NCBI GenBank assembly: GCA_046583355.1
Contig: JAYGCM010000012.1
Span: 33,208 to 97,207 of the forward strand
DNA: 64,000 nucleotides
Direction of reading: 5' to 3'
Source of the DNA: Deltaproteobacteria bacterium
GTDB taxonomy: Bacteria; Desulfobacterota; Binatia; UBA12015
Shown piece after piece: positions 59,333 to 64,000 of this stretch. Position 1 is the first letter of the stretch; each line of letters begins with the position of its first letter. The notes under the pieces are model-generated. The model did no database searches and was not told where the DNA came from. It saw only the letters and a list, made by a program, of their open reading frames with translations. Made by a program: the position numbers and the translations under genes.

Positions 59333-60043
59333 ATGGCTAAACAGACCCGCCCGAGATGGCTCGACCGATTCGCTTTTCTAGCCCTGACGCTGATGGTCGC
59401 GGGCGTGGCCGGGGGATTCGTCCGCCTTTTGCCAGCGCTGAATGCGTTCTACCTATTCGCAGTGGGAGGTTTCCTCTCCTGCGCGATGATTCTCGCCTAC
59501 CTGGTACGGCGACTTCGTGGCCGCGCCTTCGGTGCGGCCGGCGTCTGCGCTCTGCTGGGCGCGCTGACCTTTGGCGGCACGCTGGCCCTGCAACCCGACG
59601 CCCCGCCGATCAATGATTTCACCACCGACCTCGGCGACCCGCCCCTCTACGACCATGCGCGCACGCTCCCGCTCAATCTTGGACGTGACTTCAGCTACCC
59701 CGAGAGCTTTCGCCCGATTCAGGAAGAATGCTGCTCGGACCTCGCCCCGCTACAGAGCACCGCTCAAGCACCCGAGGCATTTGCCGCCGCATTGGAGGCA
59801 TCGTACGCCATGCCGCTTTGGAAGATCACGAGCGTGATCGAAGCCGACGGCCACATCGAGGCTGTTGCCGAAACTGAAATCTTTGGTTTCCGCGACGATA
59901 TCGTCATCCGGATTCGCAAGAGCGATACCGGCAGCATAGTAGATATGCGCTCGCGTTCGCGCGACGGGCGCGGCGATATCGGCGCGAATGCCGCAAGAAT
60001 TCGCACCTGGACAAGCGCCTACCAGCGCGCCGCAGGCGAGTAG
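59333..60043 (+). CDS. DUF1499-family membrane protein
   Basis: Three TM helices, PPINDFTTD..DPP, IEA...T..FGFRDD..IRI, VDMRSRSR.G.GD.GANA.RI. Confidence 0.85.
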   Translation: MAKQTRPRWLDRFAFLALTLMVAGVAGGFVRLLPALNAFYLFAVGGFLSCAMILAYLVRRLRGRAFGAAGVCALLGALTFGGTLALQPDAPPINDFTTDLGDPPLYDHARTLPLNLGRDFSYPESFRPIQEECCSDLAPLQSTAQAPEAFAAALEASYAMPLWKITSVIEADGHIEAVAETEIFGFRDDIVIRIRKSDTGSIVDMRSRSRDGRGDIGANAARIRTWTSAYQRAAGE

Positions 60044-60090
60044 CCATGGCGCTAACCCTTGCGAGAGTAAGAGAAAAACACTCCGACGGG

Positions 60091-60119
60091 TTGACACGGC
60101 AAACGACCTCGCATATTCA
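60091..60119 (+). promoter_or_regulatory. Sigma70 promoter of hup
   Basis: TTGACA-N17-TATTCA upstream of a GGAGGAGG RBS. Confidence 0.6.
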
Positions 60120-60173
60120 GGGCACCTCGGAACCGATCCAGGTTTCGATAACCAGTTTGGGAGGAGGTGCGAA

Positions 60174-60461
60174 ATGACGAAGTCGGAACTATTGAACGCA
60201 ATCGCGGAGTCCGCTGACATCACGAAGAAGCAGGCCGATCAGGTATTGACGGGGCTGGTAGGAATCGCCGCAAAGGCGGTCAAGAAGGGTGACCCGATCA
60301 AAATCCCGGGTCTCGGCATCCTGCGCTTACGCAAGATGAAGGCGCGCATGGGTCGTAACCCGCAGACGGGTGAGGCCATCAAGATCCCCGCGCGCAAGAA
60401 GGTCGGCTTCACGGTCGCCAAGGCGTTCAAAGACGCGGTACTCGGCGTCAAAAAGAAGTAA
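60174..60461 (+). CDS. hup: HU-family DNA-binding protein
   Basis: MTKSELLNAIAE, KARMGRNPQTGE.IKIPA. Confidence 0.93.
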   Translation: MTKSELLNAIAESADITKKQADQVLTGLVGIAAKAVKKGDPIKIPGLGILRLRKMKARMGRNPQTGEAIKIPARKKVGFTVAKAFKDAVLGVKKK

Positions 60462-60479
60462 GCTGTTTTCAAGTCGGCC

Positions 60480-60504
60480 GGGTCCTTGGCGTTGCCAGGG
60501 GCCC
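60480..60504. terminator. Hairpin between convergent hup and secA
   Basis: GGGTCCTTGGC-GTT-GCCAGGGGCCC, 11-bp stem with G-U pairs. Confidence 0.5.
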
Positions 60505-60526
60505 GTGCCTACGCTCCCCGAAATTC

Positions 60527-63196
60527 CTATTTACCGTGGCATTTCTTGAACTTTTTGCCACTCCCGCAATGACAAGGGTCGTTGCGACCCACCTTCGGGC
60601 CAGCAGTCGCGGGAACTGATTTGGCCGGAACCTCACTGACAGCACCATGACTGAGCGTCATGGGTTGCGGACGGCGCCGCTCTTCCATTTCCTCGACGTC
60701 TTCCTCGCGCACCAGTTGCACCGTGAGTAGCTTGCGGATGCTCTCGGACTCGATACGGCCGATCATCTCGCCGAAATGAGTGAAGCCCTCTTTCTGGTAG
60801 GCTTGGAGGGGGTTCTGCTGGGCGTAGCCACGCAGACCGACACCCTCCTTCAGCCGGTCCATCGCGAGCAGATGGTCCTTCCACTGCTGGTCGATGGTCT
60901 GGAGCATGATGACCTTCTCCAGGTGGCGAATGACGTCGTCGCCGAAATCTTCTTCCCGATCGGCGTAATGCTTCCCTACGACCTCGACGATCCGCTCCTG
61001 CAAATCATCGGAACTCAATCCCTCGCGCTCGTCCTCGGGCTGCGCCAAGGACATGCCGAAGGTTTCGACCATTCCCTGGTCGATCGCATTCCATTCCCAC
61101 TCGCGCGAAACCACGTCGGAATCGACGAACCCGCCCACCACCGTGCCGGCCAGATCCTCGATCATGCCGGAGATCTCCTCACGCAGGCCCGTGCCGCTCA
61201 GAGCCTCGCGACGGCGGTGGTAGACCACCTCGCGCTGCTTGTTCATCACGTCATCGTATTCAATGAGGTGTTTGCGGATGTCGAAGTTATGCCCTTCGAC
61301 CTTGGCCTGTGCATTGGCGACGGCGCGCGAGATCATATTATGCTCGATGGGCTCGCCTTCCTCCATCCCCAGGCGAGTCATGATGCCTTGGATGCGGTCG
61401 GCTCCGAAAATCCGCATGAGATCGTCTTCGAGCGAAAGGAAGAACCGCGACGATCCGGGATCGCCCTGACGCCCCGAGCGGCCGCGTAGCTGGTTGTCGA
61501 TGCGGCGCGACTCATGGCGCTCGGTGCCGATGATATGCAGCCCGCCGGCCTCTATCACCTGCTCACGCTCCTCGAGACAAACTGCCTCATGGCGCTGCTT
61601 GGCCGCCTGGAACTCGGGATCGTTCGGGTCGTTGGTGCCAACCTCGTTGGCTGCCATCGCCTCCGCGTTGCCGCCCAGCACGATATCCGTGCCGCGACCC
61701 GCCATATTGGTCGAGATGGTCAGGGCGCCGAAGCGCCCGGCCTGGGCTACGATATCGGCCTCGCCGCCGTGGTTTTTCGCGTTCAGCACATTGTGCTTGA
61801 TGCCACGTTTTTTGAGGATCGCTGCCAACTCTTCGGATTTGTCGATCGAGATGGTGCCCACCAGCACGGGCTGACCCTTCTCGTTGCATTCGAGGACTTC
61901 GTCGATCACCGCGTTGAACTTCTCGCGCTCGGTTTTGTAGACAACATCGGGCCTGTCATCGCGCACCATCGGCCGATGCGTCGGCGCGACCACGACGTCG
62001 AGATTGTAGATTTTTTTGAACTCGACAGACTCGGTATCGGCCGTGCCGGTCATCCCCGCGAGCTTCTCGTACATGCGGAAATAGTTCTGGAAGGTAATGG
62101 TCGCCAGCGTCTGGTTCTCGCGCTCTACCTTGACACCCTCCTTTGCCTCCACGGCCTGATGCAACCCGTCGGACCAACGACGCCCTTGCATCATGCGCCC
62201 GGTGAATTCGTCGACGATGACGATCTCGCCCTCGTTCACAACGTAGTCGACATCGCGCTGGAAGAGAGAATGAGCGCGCAGGCCCTGGTTCACATGGTGT
62301 AGCGTGTCGATATTGTCGGTGTCGTAGAGGTTGTCGATGCTGAGAAGTTCCTCGCAGCGCTGTATGCCCTGCTCGGTGAGGATGGCTGATTTATGCTTCT
62401 CATCAACCGAATAATCCCCCTCTTCTTCTTCGCCCTTCTCCACGCTGCGACCGGCCTGAAGCTTGGGGATGATCTTGTTGATCACCTGATATTTCTCGGT
62501 GGCGTCATCGGCCGGACCGGAGATGATCAGCGGTGTCCGCGCCTCGTCGACGAGAATGGAATCGACCTCATCCACAATTGCGAAATGCAGATCGCGCTGA
62601 ACATATTCTTCGAGCGCGAACTTCATATTATCGCGCAGATAATCGAAGCCGAATTCGTTGTTCTGCCCGTAGGTGATATCGGCTTGGTAGGCGGCCTTGC
62701 GCTCTTCTTCGGTGATGCCGTGCACCACCGTACCAACCGAGAGGCCGAGGAAATTGTAGATCCGCCCCATCCAATCGGAATCGCGCCGTGCCAGGTAATC
62801 GTTGACCGTGACGAGGTGGACACCGCGCCCGGTGAGTGCGTTGAGGTAGACCGGCAAGGTAGCGACCAAGGTCTTGCCTTCGCCGGTCTTCATCTCCGAG
62901 ATGCGCCCGCTATGCAGAATCATTCCGCCAAGCAATTGCACGTCGAAAGGCCGCATACCGACGGCGCGCCAGGCGGCCTCGCGGGCCACGGCAAAGGCCG
63001 GCACGAGAATATCGTCGGTCGTCGCACCGTTGGCGAGCTCTTCTTTGAAGCCCGCTGTCCTGGCCCGGAGTTCGTCGTCACTGAGCGCCTTTATGCCATC
63101 CTCCAGCAAGCCAATCTCGTCGACCAAAGGCCAGAGCTTCTTCAGCTCGCGATCGTTCCCCGTCCCGAAGATCTTCCTGACCAATCCACCAAGCAT
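60527..63196 (-). CDS. secA: Protein translocase subunit SecA
   Basis: [57 protein letters not shown]. Confidence 0.98.
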   Translation of the reverse strand: MLGGLVRKIFGTGNDRELKKLWPLVDEIGLLEDGIKALSDDELRARTAGFKEELANGATTDDILVPAFAVAREAAWRAVGMRPFDVQLLGGMILHSGRISEMKTGEGKTLVATLPVYLNALTGRGVHLVTVNDYLARRDSDWMGRIYNFLGLSVGTVVHGITEEERKAAYQADITYGQNNEFGFDYLRDNMKFALEEYVQRDLHFAIVDEVDSILVDEARTPLIISGPADDATEKYQVINKIIPKLQAGRSVEKGEEEEGDYSVDEKHKSAILTEQGIQRCEELLSIDNLYDTDNIDTLHHVNQGLRAHSLFQRDVDYVVNEGEIVIVDEFTGRMMQGRRWSDGLHQAVEAKEGVKVERENQTLATITFQNYFRMYEKLAGMTGTADTESVEFKKIYNLDVVVAPTHRPMVRDDRPDVVYKTEREKFNAVIDEVLECNEKGQPVLVGTISIDKSEELAAILKKRGIKHNVLNAKNHGGEADIVAQAGRFGALTISTNMAGRGTDIVLGGNAEAMAANEVGTNDPNDPEFQAAKQRHEAVCLEEREQVIEAGGLHIIGTERHESRRIDNQLRGRSGRQGDPGSSRFFLSLEDDLMRIFGADRIQGIMTRLGMEEGEPIEHNMISRAVANAQAKVEGHNFDIRKHLIEYDDVMNKQREVVYHRRREALSGTGLREEISGMIEDLAGTVVGGFVDSDVVSREWEWNAIDQGMVETFGMSLAQPEDEREGLSSDDLQERIVEVVGKHYADREEDFGDDVIRHLEKVIMLQTIDQQWKDHLLAMDRLKEGVGLRGYAQQNPLQAYQKEGFTHFGEMIGRIESESIRKLLTVQLVREEDVEEMEERRRPQPMTLSHGAVSEVPAKSVPATAGPKVGRNDPCHCGSGKKFKKCHGK

Positions 63197-63207
63197 TGCG
63201 ACCCAGC

Positions 63208-64000
63208 CTAACCGCTGTCTGTAGGGGCTGCAAAACTCGGCGACCCGGCCAGCACGACCCGGACGGCCGAGCTGACGCCTTCGCCGTAGAAGCGTTCACC
63301 CAAGCGCGTGAAGCGGTCCGGCACGTCGGTCACAAAGAAGCTGGCACTGCCCTTGCCGCTGCCGCGCAGGCCGGTGGCAGCCTTGAGCGCGCGGCGTAGC
63401 TCCTTGGCGGTCTCGGCGGCCGAGTCGACAATCTCCACCTCGGCGCCAAGATAGCGGGCAATGGGCTCGCGCAGCAGCGGGTAATGCGTGCAGCCCAGCA
63501 CCAGAGTATCGATACCGCTTTTTTTCAGGCTGGCCAGGTAACGCGCCACCACCCGGCGCGCGATATCATTATCGACCCAGCCCTCTTCGGCCAGCGGCAC
63601 AAAGAGCGGACAACTGCGGGTAAAGATCTCGATACCCTTTTTGCACGCCAGCAGGGCGCGTGGATAGGCGCCGCTAGCCATGGTCGCATCTGTGCCGATG
63701 ACGCCGACACGCAGGTTGCGCGTCCGGCGCGCAGCGGCACGAGCCCCCGGCTCGACCACCCCGATGATCGGCACGTTATAGCGCTCGCGCAGCAGCGGCA
63801 GAGCTGTCGCCGTGGTCGTATTGCAGGCGACCACCATCGCCTTCACACCGCGGGCAGCGAAGAAGTCCGCCGTCTCCAGCGCGTAGCCGATCACGGTCTC
63901 GGGCGATTTTGCGCCGTAGGGCACACGCGCGGTATCGCCGAGATAGAGAAAATGCTCGCGCGGCAGGAGCCGGGAGAGCTCGGCAAGAACCGTCAGCCCA
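63208..64000 (-). CDS. murI: Glutamate racemase, 5' end outside the window
   Basis: [29 protein letters not shown]. Confidence 0.95.
   Translation of the reverse strand, partial: GLTVLAELSRLLPREHFLYLGDTARVPYGAKSPETVIGYALETADFFAARGVKAMVVACNTTTATALPLLRERYNVPIIGVVEPGARAAARRTRNLRVGVIGTDATMASGAYPRALLACKKGIEIFTRSCPLFVPLAEEGWVDNDIARRVVARYLASLKKSGIDTLVLGCTHYPLLREPIARYLGAEVEIVDSAAETAKELRRALKAATGLRGSGKGSASFFVTDVPDRFTRLGERFYGEGVSSAVRVVLAGSPSFAAPTDSG

Overview
A 64 kb, high-GC, densely coding stretch of bacterial chromosome. The gene content fits a Gram-negative, deltaproteobacteria-like lineage (Binatia/Myxococcota-like is a guess only). Most genes are housekeeping: moeA, moaA, ntrBC-like pair, plsB, lon, queA-tgt-yajC-secD, coaBC, mrp, bolA-grxD, murJ, tatA, gpmA, serS, gatCAB, hup, secA and murI. 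I saw no rRNA, tRNA, CRISPR array, transposase or prophage. Less ordinary parts: (1) a b6f-type split Rieske/cytochrome b operon with an uncalled 57-aa membrane ORF and an 899-aa, 8-heme, coiled-coil cytochrome c; (2) a divergent locus of two intact but apparently catalytically dead enzymes (penicillin-acylase-like, and GH57 branching-enzyme-like with DUF4912) sharing a candidate sigma54 promoter region; (3) a translationally coupled DUF2760 + Hsp70 + Hsp70(DUF3731-type) operon that may be a dedicated membrane-anchored chaperone system with a GrpE-like partner; (4) a fused ETF beta-alpha; (5) a variable patch with a Phd-VapC toxin-antitoxin pair, a WS/DGAT pseudogene and an F420-type LLM oxidoreductase; (6) an alternative sigma70 with an altered region 2.4. 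All family calls come from recognising motifs by eye, with no database searches. Many starts were trimmed by hand from the longest-ORF track.
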